The position numbers and the translations under genes were made by a program. Under the pieces are notes generated by a model that did no database searches, was not told the origin of the DNA, and saw only the letters and a program-made list of their open reading frames with translations. From Lama guanicoe (lineage: Eukaryota): a stretch of DNA of 64,000 bases. Below are positions 1 to 13,010 of the stretch, in pieces. How positions within the stretch are numbered: the stretch's first letter is position 1; the number at the start of each line of letters is the position of its first letter. The DNA is taken from positions 8,409,214 to 8,473,213 of the forward strand of contig MU056000.1 in assembly GCA_013239625.1 (NCBI GenBank), written 5' to 3'.

Positions 1-314
1 ATTCACAAATAACTGGCCTAACAGTTAATTCTAGAACTCTTTTGTTAGTCAATCGAGTCTTTTTACCCAAGGAGAAGATCCTTTAACCAACTACAAAATA
101 TTATCCAAGTCATAGCTGCATGTGGACAGCAGATTTCTTATCTTGCTCTTTACTGGGGATTCAGTTTTTAGAGGTCTTGCCAGTAGTCAATATTCTGGAA
201 TGCTTTGACTCATTAATAGCTTTTTAAAAGCATCTTTTATGTGTCTTAAAACAGAGGAGAAAAAGTGATGGGTCTGCCTTTAAAAAGCTTACCCATCAAT
301 TTTCAAATACATGA

Positions 315-620
315 TTTAGCCAGGACTCATTTGGTTGTAAGTAACAGAAGCTCAATTTGAACTAGTTTAAGTAAAAAACAGTGACAAAAAACAAGCAAAA
401 AATATTTTTTTGAAAGATACTGGGATATCTCATCAAATCTTTCAAAAAGCTGAATAACCAAGCATTCTGTCTTTCTTCACAGGTCAAAACCAAGGCCTCC
501 AATTATCCTGATATGTTTGACCATCAGACTCTACTCAGTGCACACTGCTGGGACAAAAAGACTCAGAGAGGTGTGCTAATGTGCCCACATCTGTTCGAGT
601 CACTACTCAGAGGCCAGCAA
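315..620 (-). mobile_element. Old ERVL-MaLR LTR fragment (MLT1K/L-like)
   Basis: ttagccaggactcatttggttgtaagtaacagaagctcaatttgaactagtttaagtaaaaaa resembles the reverse-complemented 3' end of MLT1K-type LTRs. Right boundary is uncertain. Confidence 0.55.
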
Positions 621-3600
621 TACACTGTGTCAGCACAAATACTTGGTAACTGGGAGTGGACCCCAAGTAGGGGCTTAGGGTGACCCTGGCAGCCCCTCTA
701 AGCCATCTCGTCTCCAGTAGTAAACTTCTGGATTCCTTCCTACCAGGCGTAAAGTGATACTGTGTCATTATAAAGTCATAATGCTTTAAAAAAAATGTAA
801 ATCCTAGCAACGAAAAGAATAGCAGCTTAGCTTTTCACAAAGCAAAATAGTTTAAAAAATGAAATCATAAATGAGGGAAGTTAACAAGGTGAAAATGTGA
901 TTTCTCATTCATTCTTTATGTGCACGTTATCAAAAAGGTAAAATTTAAGCAAATACCCAGATATATCACATTATTGTGAATAAAGAAGACACTTCACTTG
1001 GTTAAGTGAGGTACTGTTGCTATTGAAATAGTCACATCATGATCATGCAACTCCTAACTCTATCTAAAACGATTAAATTTCATCCACTTACTCTCTTTCT
1101 ACATATAATTTTTAACAGTTGTTATTTATTTAATTATTAATTCATTCACTCCACCAAAAACTGAATCATCACCAGTTATGAAGTTATAAAGTACTAGTGT
1201 TGATGCTAGGAATTTCGTTATCAAATAAGAATTTTTGGAAAAGGCATAAAATGCGTTTCACCAAATTCGCTTGTTAACAGTTTCTTAATTTTCCCAACAA
1301 TTTGAATGAACTAAGTGGACTCACTTCACTTCTATAAAACAGCCTGACAGCAATAAAACATCAGAATTCCTGGAATGAATTTTACACAATCAATTCAACC
1401 TTCATGGTTATGAAAGAAATGTATTACTCTTATTACTCATATAATTAATGAAATAATGTCAATTTTCTTCATTGTAACCGCTGTGCAAAGAGCAGTTTCC
1501 ATAAACCAGGCATGATCAAAGACCCTCCTCGAGAACAAATCAAAGAAGACAAATGCACTTTTCTGGTCATAATTCAAATCGTGCTCATATCCTTGAGATT
1601 TAAGTAGAACCACTTGGGGCTCCAGATCTCATTTTGTGAGCATCCCCACTGGCCCAAGATTTACACAAACCTTAGGGTCTAACCTCCTTCTTGTCTTCTT
1701 TGGCTCTGAGCTCCTCCTTCTACAGGACTGATCTCTGTCTTCTCTCATATACAACAACTGTCCCATGTGCTGAGCAAGATGAGGAACACAACTTGCTTTC
1801 TTTGATTTTCCCCAGACCCCTTGATATCAGAGACTGGCCTGTGCTGGGACTTCTACATGCCTGCGGTTTCAGAGGATTTTAAATCACAGCAACGCACATG
1901 ACCTGGTTATCAAGGGATGTGGACACATGCTTCTTTATTTCTTTACGAAGACTTTAATTAAGAAAAGTGAGAGAAGGAATATTGTCCCAGAAAGCTGAAA
2001 TTTAACAAAGTTAAGTGTAAACAAAGAGCTTCAAAACACCTCCCACACTCTCCCTTCAACATTATATTTATAGACAAACTCATGTAATAATCTGACAATA
2101 AGTAAAACTTTAAAAGCTAATATATTATGATTTTTTTTCTCAGCCAAACATCCTCTTCTCTCCCAATTCCCTAAGTAACTAAAGAAACTCCATGAAACTT
2201 TTGGGTTTCATAAACTCATCCAAAGTTTGAGATTGTGTATGTTTAACTGCCTAAGAAAGACTGTAGAATAGCAATTCACTAAGCTGATATATACTAATTA
2301 AGGAACATAGATTTCCATGAGATCATAATAAATTAATTAACATGTGTTTGTATAAGTTATGTTATAATTTGCATACATTTCGTCCTAAGATAATCAACTA
2401 GATAATCAAATTTAGTTTTGAAGAGATGTTACATACCTTAACCAAAGCTATTCAATAAGAAAACACTAGGAAGAATTTGACTCAAATCTACTGATGCCAA
2501 ATATATTATTTTTCCCACTGTTCTAAATTTTAGCTCATACCCCATATCTATTTGGAAATAAGTCCTTAAAACAGGATAACACACTTTATCTTCAGGAGCC
2601 ACTACGAGCTTACTTTCTGCCATGGCAGAAGCCCTGAAAATTTAGCTTGTCCTTGAAACTGGAAGAAATGTTTTCAGCCCAGTAATTATGCCTTTCCCCC
2701 TAATTATCAAAGAAAATCAAATATCTTAGCTTAAGTCTTTAACTGGACTTGCTATGGAGGCAACAGTTTCTAATGCTACATGATAGTAATTGGTCTGCTG
2801 ACAGATACCAAATATTTAGAAATTATGAATATCTTAGACCACTCATTCAGACTATCTTTGCTTAATGCTAATAATCAGGAATTCAGTATTTCTTTCTTTG
2901 AAATTATGGGAAGTCTAATTTTTTGGGGGGGGAGAGGTTAGGTAATGCTACAGCACACATCCTTCTCAACTTTCTTCATATCCTAGTATCCTAGAAGTTC
3001 CATATCCTAGTCAGAAAAAGAACAATGCTTTTTGAGCATCTCGTGGAAAAGCAATGGATGAAGCTGGCAGCAAAAGGCCCCACCTAGGGCTGCAGGGATC
3101 ACTTACCAGCATGTTTATAGGCACCTATGCTACATTTCTGTGCTGCCACCCACTGGCCAAAAGGTCTACCATTGATCCTTGCTTGTTAGTGAATTTCCTG
3201 AAGAGACAGCAGGAACCAGTTGTATGTTTTGGTAATTTCCTAAATTTGTCATTTGCCAGCATCCTTGAGGACATTCCTCCCATTTTTGAAAATCATCACC
3301 CTTTGAACCCCTCCCCAAGGTAGACTTGCAATTAAACTGTCCATCATCCTTAGCAATATGAACCCCAAGCCTGACTATTGGGACCTTCCAAATATTTCAT
3401 GAGTTACCTATGTCTTTGAGTTATTCCTTTTCAGCTTAACGTCACCTAAGTTTGCAAGTAAGAATCATGTCCGATACAAAACTGAGACCTACCTACTCCA
3501 GATGTGGATCCTTTGTCCTAATTCTCTTAGTGGTACAGCATTTGTTCAACAGGCATTTACTTCTTCTTTTCCACCACAAATATTTGACGGCAGCTCTTAC

Positions 3601-3934
3601 AGATCTCCTCCCCAACTTACCCTATCCCTCCCACCTTACCGCTGTAGTCTGCAAGACAAACATCATTGGCTCTTCCATCTGAGACTCACATAACTTGCCT
3701 TCTGGCAGGAATACTGAGGCTTACAACAACTCATGTTTGGGAACTTACTTTGTCTACAGCATAAATATACTGATCAATTTTTTAATATAATATTTAAATA
3801 TTTTAAACATATTATCGATCTGCCATAGGATTGTTTGGTGTATGTCCTCAGCCTCTGGTCTAGCAGTTCACTTCAGAAAGATGCCTCAGCCCATGAGGAC
3901 AGCTATAATAAATTAGACAGACATGGAGAGGTAT

Positions 3935-4560
3935 AGGCAAGGATGTGAAGCAACTGGAGCCCTAACAGGTACAGCCTCTTTGCAAAATAGTTTGGCAGTT
4001 TCTCAAAATGTTGAGCTTAGAGTTATCAGATGGCCAGCATTTCCATTTCTAGGTATTTTCTCAAGAGAAGTAAAAACATATGTTCACACAAGACCTTATA
4101 CACACCTATTCATAGCAACATTATCCCCTGTGACCAAAAAGTAGAAACAACCCAAAAGTCCAACAACAGATGAATGGGTAAGTGAAATAAGATTTATCCA
4201 TACAATGGAACATTATTTGGAAATAAAAAGGAATGAAATAATGATGCATACTACAACCTCGATGAACCTTAAAACATTATGAAAGGTAAAAGAAGCCAGT
4301 CACAAAAGACCATCTATTTATTATTTCATTTATATGAAATGGCCAGAATAGAAAAATCTATAAAGACTGAAAGTTGTTTTCCTCGGGCTGTGAGGTTTGG
4401 GAGAATGAGGAGTGACTATTAATAGGAACGAGATTTCTCACTGAGGGGACAAAAGCATTTCAAACTTAGATTGGGCTGATGGTTGCACAATCCTGTAAAT
4501 ATACTGAAAACCACTGAAATGGGTGAACTGGAGAGTATGTGAGTTATGTTTCAATAAGCT
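3935..4560 (+). mobile_element. Old L1 (L1MB-like) ORF2 3' end and 3' UTR
   Basis: Typical L1 motifs ggcaaggatgtgaagcaactgg, aaaacatatgttcacacaagacctt, gaaacaacccaaaagtccaacaacagatgaatgg and agaagccagtcacaaaagacc. The 3923..4144 ORF is a degenerate ORF2 C-terminus. Confidence 0.85.
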
Positions 4561-4670
4561 TACCTTTTGAAATTATCTCAGGATGTACAGAAACGTAAGA
4601 CTTACAATTAGAGAAAAGTATAGGGATGGTCTAAGTATAGGGAGGATTTTTATAAGCATGGAAAAACAAG

Positions 4671-5150
4671 TGGATCAGTTACCTGCAACTGCTATAAAGC
4701 AAATCACCTCAAAACTTACTGGCTTAAAATTACAATCATTCATCTTGGTCATCAATCTCCAAGTGTTAATGGGATCGGCTGGGGCTACTTGACTGGGGAC
4801 TCGACTGTAGATGGCTCTTTGGAAAGGTTGTCAATTTGGGGCTGGTGTCGGCTGAGAGTTGAGATGGTGCAAACTGAGCATCTTTCCATATAGCCCCCTC
4901 CACTTCATGGAGGCTGGATTCTAAGAATGAGCACCCTAAGGGAACCAGAGAGGAGGCATACTCTTTTCCTGCTCTAGTCTTAAAAGTCAGACAGTGTCAC
5001 TTCTGCCGTAGTCTCAAGCCCACGTTAAGTGAAGGAGAGGGAACAGTGAGTCCGTCCATCAATGGAAGAGTGTCAGACTCACATCAGGAGAAGGTCACAA
5101 GAGATGCAAAATAACATTCTGGCTGCTTTTCAACAACACCAGCTGGCATA
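4671..5150 (-). mobile_element. ERVL-MaLR LTR (MLT1 family)
   Basis: tcagttacctgcaactgctataaagcaaatcacctcaaaacttactggcttaaaa is the reverse complement of the MLT1 3' terminus. Internal aaagtcagacagtgtcacttctgcc also fits. Confidence 0.75.
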
Positions 5151-5761
5151 GAGAGTATTAGGGTGACTACTGTTCACCACGTGCCAACATTTACATGGGG
5201 TCCACGTTTCTAACAAAAACTACCTGTTCCCTTCCAGTGTTCAGATTTTAGCTTTTAGTGGAGTGGCTTTCTGTGAACAGCTGTTTTAAAGCCATCTTCA
5301 CTTTGTAGAGTTTTATCCTGAGAAAACGCTGCAAGATAGACCCTCAAACGAGCTGACACAGGCTTTGCTACAACAGCAATTATAATTATTCAACAGAAAT
5401 CCTTGTAACAATTTTATATGAAGACTCTACTTCCCATAACCTGTGGATAAGACTGAAATTATCCTTGTATACAGTTGGGGAGAAGTTAAGATTTCCAAGT
5501 GTCCAGAAGCTTCCACACAAAGATGCTCACGATATATCTTGCACTAATACATTTAAAAAAGCCGACAATAACCAAAAAACCCATATACATATGCAAGACA
5601 TACAGTGTGCCACCATTAAACAAACATACAAATAAACAACAACTACAGAGAAAGACATGTTTCAGCATCTGTAATAATTAGAAGATTTTAATATGACAAT
5701 ACGTTGTTTCATCAAGTGCAAATAGGTGAGAAACCTCCCAAACACAAAGGAAATAAAAGAT

Positions 5762-5802
5762 AACAATAATAATAATAGTAATAATAGTAATAATAATAAT
5801 AG
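5762..5802. repeat. Imperfect (AAT)n microsatellite
   Basis: aacaataataataatagtaataatagtaataataataatagt. Confidence 0.9.
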
Positions 5803-6605
5803 TTGGATTGCTCTGAGCTCTAGGGAAGAGTATGTCTTCAAAGAATAGTTAGAAATTATTGAAAGACATAGTCAACAAATATGGTAAATTTGGTGTAACT
5901 GTATAGAAACAAAAGGAACTGGGTATTTGTCTCTCTTATGTGTGAAGTTGCTGATTCATGTACTAACACGGGAGTTCATTTTTTTCTTTACTTTTAGCTG
6001 AAATAAGGCACATCAGTCTAGTTCAAGAACAAAAGATACCTGTCTATATATTTTATTAGTGAAGGGTATGTTTCAGTTAATAGGCCTCATTTTAAGCTGA
6101 AACTATCTCATTCCACCTGATTAAGTGACTTTCGATTGGGGTGTTTACGGAGGAAATTGCAATTTGGGGGCCTGGGATTCATCAAAGTGAATGGGCTGTT
6201 CTGAAACAATACCCAGGTAGCCCACAGAGGAAGCGACAGATACAATACAGCCATTAACATCAGGGGAAAAGGATACGATTGTTGTAACGGAGATGAGACC
6301 CTTGTGCCACACAGCTGAACCAGGGCCTTTCATCACAATCAGACACAGCATTTCCTTTTGCACTACAGTCAAATAGGAAAACACAACGCTCCTTCGTAAA
6401 CTCACACCCTCCACAAAATATACTGAACCTGTCCTCTGTGCCTGGCACTCATCTGGGGGCCGGTGACACAACAGTGACCTGGTCACAACCTGATTCCACA
6501 CATTAACCAATAAACCTAGATGTTTTTCAGAAAATAAGCACTATTATTAATTATCACTACTAGAAATAATAGTAGTGTATATCTAGTACTAAAATGTTCA
6601 TTTAT

Positions 6606-7378
6606 TGGGAGCTCGGGATTTGCAAATACTAACTACTACATATGAAAGAGATAAACAACATGAAATCTACTTCAGGATGACACCTGCACTCCAATGTTCA
6701 TAGCAGCACTATTGACAATAGCCAAAACATGGAAACAGCCTAAATGTCCATCAATAGGTGACTGGATAAAGAAGATGTGGTATATTTATACAATGGAATA
6801 CTACTCAGCCATAAAAACCGACAACATAACGCCATTTGCAGCAACATGGATGCTCCTAGAGAATGTCATTCTAAGTGAAGTAAGCCAGAAAGAGAAAGAA
6901 AAATACCATATGGGATCGCTCATATGTGGAATCTAAAGACTCATGGACAGAGAATACAGACTTGTGGTTACCAGGGGGATAGAGGGTGGGAAGGGATAGA
7001 CTGGGATTTCAAAATTGTAGAATAGATAAACAAGATTACACTGTATAGCACAGGGAAATATACACAAAATGTTATGATAAATCACAGAGAAAAAAATGTG
7101 ACAATGAGTGTGTATATGTCCATGAAGGACTGAAAAATTGTGCTGAACACTGGAATTTGACACAACATTGTAAAATGATTATAAATCAATAAAAAATGTT
7201 AAAAAAAAGAGATAAACAACACAGTCCTACTGTACATACAGCACAGGGAACTATATTCAATACCTTGTCATAGTCTATGATGAAAAAGAATATATATAAT
7301 ATGTAAAACTGAATCACTATGCTGTACACCAGAAACTAACACAACACTGTAAAATGACTAATCTCAATGATAAAAAAT
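6606..7378 (+). mobile_element. Older artiodactyl-type L1 3' UTR fragment split by a younger L1 (pieces 6606-6660 and 7222-7378)
   Basis: Joining the two pieces gives gggatttgcaaatactaactactaca...gataaacaaca-cagtcctactgta...gcacagggaactatattcaa, collinear with the unsplit copy at 37022-37288. Confidence 0.85.
6661..7205 (+). mobile_element. Young 5'-truncated L1 (ORF2 C-terminus, 3' UTR, A-tail)
   Basis: Open ORF2 C-terminus MFIAALLTIAKTWKQPKCPSIGDWIKKMWYIYTMEYYSAIK...CGI* (6694-6936), AATAAA at 7188-7193, and a perfect 16-bp TSD AAAGAGATAAACAACA at 6645-6660 and 7206-7221. Confidence 0.95.
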
Positions 7379-7861
7379 GTCTTAAAAGATAAAATGTTTC
7401 ATTTATATTAAATCAAGTGACAACAGTGTAGGAAAGGTTGTCAGTATCAGGCTTCCACACAATCCAGAGAAGCTCCCAGTATGGTAACTTCTTATCTCTA
7501 CTCTCCAGAAAGGTGGGGTCATCTCATTACTGCAGCATTATTGAAACCACATTCTTGGAAGGCATTACTGTGGAGAACTGACTGGCTCCTCCTGATAGGA
7601 GCAGAGCTCCAAAAATGGTGAAATTTATACTCTAGATTGTTAATTTTAAGAATAAGCTGCCTCTGACTTTTGGCAGGTTTACAGCAGGCAACTTCAGGTC
7701 CCTGACAAGTGGCTGGAGTGAAAGGTATTATTTAACAAAAGGGTCTGCGCTAGCTGGCAGGTGGGCTGGCTACAGAAGCTGATCTTTTGTTTGGGTGGAG
7801 GGCTTCTCTGTTCTGGAGGTGGTGGGCGTGAGTGCTGGCCAGCAGAGCTATGGCTGTCCTT

Positions 7862-7893
7862 CAAATCAACTGCAAATCAGCTGCAAATCAACT
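7862..7893. repeat. 11-bp tandem repeat, about 3 copies
   Basis: caaatcaactg caaatcagctg caaatcaact. Confidence 0.85.
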
Positions 7894-10800
7894 CAAACAC
7901 CCTTGGTTCATACCTCAGAGTTCTACCTCCCAGAACACAAGAGATGGCCATGTCAAACGGGGCATGGACTTGCTTGGACTTGCCAGCGACCATGGGAACG
8001 ATGATCTTAGATGGACTTTTATGTAACTTAGTTTTTCATCTTGGACATAACGTCCATCCCAGATAACTAAATCTACTGACCAGGTGACCAGAGCTATTTG
8101 GTATTCGTTACCTAAATACTGAAGACCCTTTGTCAAACGCGATTTCGGTCTGTCTGTTTCGGTCTGGTTGATATTATGTCCTTTCCCCTGTTTATTAGGC
8201 AAGTAGATCAGCTGCTTCCAGAGGCGGGGAGTAGAATGTGAAAGTCAGAACCTGTCATCAGTGAAAAAGGAGGTGCTGGCCCTCACTTTTCTAGGCAGCA
8301 TTACTCTGGCCGGCTCCTTTAGAGCCCAGGGCATGAACCTGCTGCCTCCTCTAGTGACTGCAGCTGAATGACAGCAACTTGAACAAGATCAATGGGTTGC
8401 CCTGGGGTGTGTCGCTGATGCACGCCAGAGATAAGTGCATCCAGACCACTGGCTCTCAGAAGCAGGAATGCTCCAGGAAAGCAGTTTTGTGGTACTTAAC
8501 CCGCATCTTCTCTACAGACATTAACTAACACAGGGCTGTGTACATTCACTGAATTCTGTTTGGAATCTTCTTAACGATTCCTTCCGATTCCAAAATCATG
8601 CTGCAGATCAAATTGATGTGAAATGACCCATCTCCCTTTTCCAAGTTAAATAAGAGCAAGACAGGCAGGGACACCAGCAAAACCTTGGCCACAGAGAAAA
8701 ACAAGCTAGTGTCTCATTTCAATTCTCTAGCAGTTTCTGATACGGTAGATAAACTGAATATTTTTTAAAGTTTGAGTTTCTCTGGTCATAAATTGAAAAT
8801 ATGGAACAAAATAATCACTACAGGAAAAAAGTCATTATTTAATTATATGTCTGATGAAATAAGTTTTCTATAGAGATTTTGAAAGAAATACATCATATGT
8901 ATTGTACTAAAATATGTAAAATTGAAAGAAATTTAACAGCTGTCCTTTTAAAACCTGTTTCTGTTATTTTAAGATATTATTTAACATTGTTTCCCTGTCC
9001 TGTGGTAAGTCCTGTGTTTATCTTGCCCACTTCTACCATATTTGCTTCAGTTGCTCTGAATGCTAAACATGCTTTTCCCCATTTACTCCCTCTAGAACAT
9101 TCCATTTGTTTATTTCCTGTTGTGTCCAAACCACTGCACAGGGCACTGCCTATTAGACCCCAGGAGTTCCTGCTTCATGTGTCCTGCCTGTGGTTCTTAT
9201 CAGTAATTAATTATGACACTGTTGCTCAGTGAGTTTGTAAGGGTCTTTAAACGCTGTCTCGAAATTTTGCTCCAGGCAGCCTCTGTCAAAGTAGACCCAG
9301 TGATTTATGCACGAGGAAGTATGACATGAACTTTTTTTTTTAATCTGAGAAAACTGAATCACCCTAAGAGCTCGACTAAGATGGAAACGTTCAATAAAAG
9401 TATAATATTAAATAATTCACTATATATATATTTATAAAGTCATTTGAAAAATGTCTTAAAATAGTATTTAGTGACATAAAAGATACTCTTGATATAATGT
9501 TAAATGTTAAAATAAAATATAAAGGTAAATAAAAATTTGTACAAATAATTAAGTAGTCATAGGAAATCTTACCAAATACTTGCAACGATCTCCAGCTGCA
9601 GTGTTATTCTCAAATAAAATCTGCATCTTTATTCCTTTCTGAGTTTTTTTTTAAACTTTGCACAATGTGCATGAATCATTTTACAAGGGAAAATTCATTG
9701 AAAAATATTAAAACATCGCATGTAAAACATTCAATGTGATTTCACATATTAATATTTAGTCATGAATCCTACTGATAAACAGGAGACACTAAAAATGCAC
9801 TATAATGTCACATTACAAACCCCACAAGCCTACCTTCTAATTTTGCATAGAAAAGGTTCCTCCACTTTTATTTTTCCCATGATAGCCGTCAGTCTCCCCA
9901 AAACTGAACAACTAAAACCTTCAAAGGGATAGAGCAGACAGCAAGTAAGCGAATTAATTCTTAGAATAGAGTCTGAGGCGTTATTAAAAAAGATGTGTCT
10001 TGTGATGAGTTACAAAGTAAAATGTGAAGGGAAAAAATTAAGTTTGGGGAAAGCGTCAAAATAACTTACAGGCAAGAACAGAATACACAAGACGCAGTGT
10101 GGCGGGGGGTGGAGTGGAGGAAGAGAAGGGGTTGCTCTGTCCTCACTTCCAGAATTATTCAGCCCTGACCAGAACTCCTAGCACGGATTCCCCAAATCTT
10201 ACACAGACAGCTTATGACCCTTGCTGTTCCTTGATCTCTAGTTTCAACCATCATTATTGTGATGCAAAAGATCCATGATCCACAAAGAAACAAACTCACT
10301 TCAAACCCAGGGTCCCACCAGCCCGCTGTCACAGGACCATCCCTTTCCATCCTCCTGGGAACTTCGTTACCCTACATACCCACCCCATGTTTGCTTTCCT
10401 TGCCCCGCGGAAGTCTAACACCCAGTCTGGTCACTATCTATCTCCACCTCCCAGCCTGTGTGCATGATATTTACACGGCTTTCTGATTCTTGCTGACTGT
10501 GGCTCTGCTCTCACCCTGTTAAATACCATCCACCAGGACCCAGGTCTACAGATTCCTGGTTTGTGCTTTCCTATCTTCATCCACATGCCGAAACATTTCA
10601 CTGCTCCTAACACAGTCCATGTTCTAGCAATGAAAATGAGGGGGAAATTATGCTTTTTTTTTCCACTTCCAATCTCTATCTGGTTTCAAACAAGCAATAC
10701 ATTTTCAAATCATCAATCAATTCTCATTTTAATTTTGATACGTAGAGAAAGTTCAACTTGAGGCACTATCATCTAATTCTCTTCTCCCCTAACTAAACGA

Positions 10801-12399
10801 ACGCAAGGCTCGCTAGTCTTGGCAGATAATCCTTCTCTATCTTCTTGACCTCTCCTAAAGATGTTTTAATTTCCTCTTTCTCATGAATGATAATTTTGTC
10901 ATTACTTTCCTAAAATGCTTTCCCAAAATACAGTTTGGAAACAGATTAGTTACGTAGGTCATTTTCCACGTTGTGTTATCAGAAACTATTGTTGCACATT
11001 GTGTAACACTAATAATACTGAAAGATTTCACAATGACATGTGGCACTGGGAAAACACCAATTAAAGGAGCATTTTATAATGTGCTCCTTCCCAATAACAT
11101 TCTTGTTATACAGAGCTATGCAATTTTAAAATTATAACTGTAGACAGTTTATAAAAATAAAGGCATGCTGTCCTCACACGAATCAGTGTAAATGATCCCA
11201 TTTTTTTTAGATTTTATGTAAGATGAATCTTTTAAAATTACTTTTAAATGCTTTCTTATTATCTTCATATGGTTCAAACACTCTGTGCTGTAGTTTTGCC
11301 CATAATGGGAGCTCAAAAATTCCTTTACTCCTATTTCCCTATATTAAGTATAATAACAAGAATGATTAATGGAAGAGAATTCTGTTTTACTACATCATTG
11401 ATATCCTGAATAATAGTACTAAAAATTCCCTCTAAAATCAAGATTATAATTTCCAATCCTTGCAGAATTTATAGAACAAGAGAAATTACTCTAGTAATAG
11501 AGTATCTAAGGTTATAAACACTATCAGTTTTCAGGAATGTTTTTACTAGTATAAATCATTTGGAGTTTTGTAATAAATTGACAGGAGGGTTTCCTTAAAA
11601 TTTCACCTACAACTTCTGAATAATTTATACTTTTTCATACAGGTTTGTCCTATATTTTTAACTTCATTCCTAAGTACTTGCAAGCAAACTCCAAATCTGT
11701 GTATCTCCCAGGGGAAGCCCAATTTAGACACATTTTAGATATATGACAATTACTACTGAATAAATGAAACAAAATGACACATTTGCATATACAGTTATAC
11801 ACCAAGAAATTTCTATTTAATCTATTCAATATTAAATGTACTTGGCTGGTAGAACCATTACAAAAAACCACATTTATCTGAGCTATAATATTTTACAAAC
11901 ATCAATGAACTCTATGAACTCTAAAGGTTTTAAAAGGTCGCCATAACTTTCCTAGCTCATGTAAGAAGATCCTTTAGATGCCAAATTCGGAAGTACGTGA
12001 CGATCAAAGGAAAAAACATTGATCAACTGAAGGAAAAGAAATACATTTCAAAACAAGTACATTTTTAGGAAAGTCGTGGTTTTCTTAAGAGCAAAGCAGT
12101 ACACATAGTGATTTCAGATAAAATACAAAGATCAGCATTACACAGTGTGAGTGAATGTAAATTCTTTTCTAATAGTACAGACCAACACGGTAACACTTCA
12201 AAAAAAAATGACAGCACGAAAAAAAGATCAGGATGGTTACTCTCAGGCGAATCATAAGCAATGTGATTGAATTTCCTGCGGTCAGGAGGCCGCCTTGGGT
12301 CTCTCCTCTCTGGTAATGGGGGATTTGAGCCACTGCCCACTCTCTTACTGCTGCCCTGTTCTCATCCTCAGGGCAACTTTCGTAGTCAACTGTCAGCCC

Positions 12400-13010
12400 A
12401 CTCTCTCCTTTCTTGTTTGATCTTATTTCCAGAGTCATCACCTAGGTCTCGACATTAGCAATAACTACCTTCAGATGATTCTCATGCCATCACCATCGGT
12501 AGTTATTCACTCTGTGACTCCACAGTCCCTACCCATTTTTCTGGGTTCTACCCCATTTCACTCGGCATCTATTCCAAGATCCATCAGTATCATCACTTTC
12601 TTGCATCCATCATATCCAGTGCCTTCCCCTCCCCCTCGGCTCAGCCCAACTCTCCACAGACCCCCAACCAGGCTCCAACTCAAAACAAGCTGCCTGTGCC
12701 CTCCTGAGGACAGCCAAAGAGAAACACACACATTTCCAGAACCACGCTGGCAGCCTACCTGCAACCATGCACTCTGCCTCCCTCCTGTTCTCCTGGATGA
12801 ACTGTCTCTGTTTCAAAAACCGTTCCCTCCGCTGGAGCACCAGATCCCCTCACTCTCACAACCTAAAACGACGCCTGCTCTCTCAAGCATCATTCACTTG
12901 TCCTCTAATGGGTCACTGCTATCATCACAGCAAGATTCCCCCATCCTTAAAAATGAATCGCTCCCTCAACCCTTCTCTTCCCTTGAGCTAACACATCATT
13001 TTGGCTCGTC
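12400..13010 (+). mobile_element. L2 LINE internal (ORF2) remnant
   Basis: cctcctgttctcctggatgaactgtctctg...ccagatcccctcactctc...gcatcattcacttgtcctctaatgggtcactgctatcatcac...cccatccttaaaaa follows the L2 reverse-transcriptase region consensus. Confidence 0.7.
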
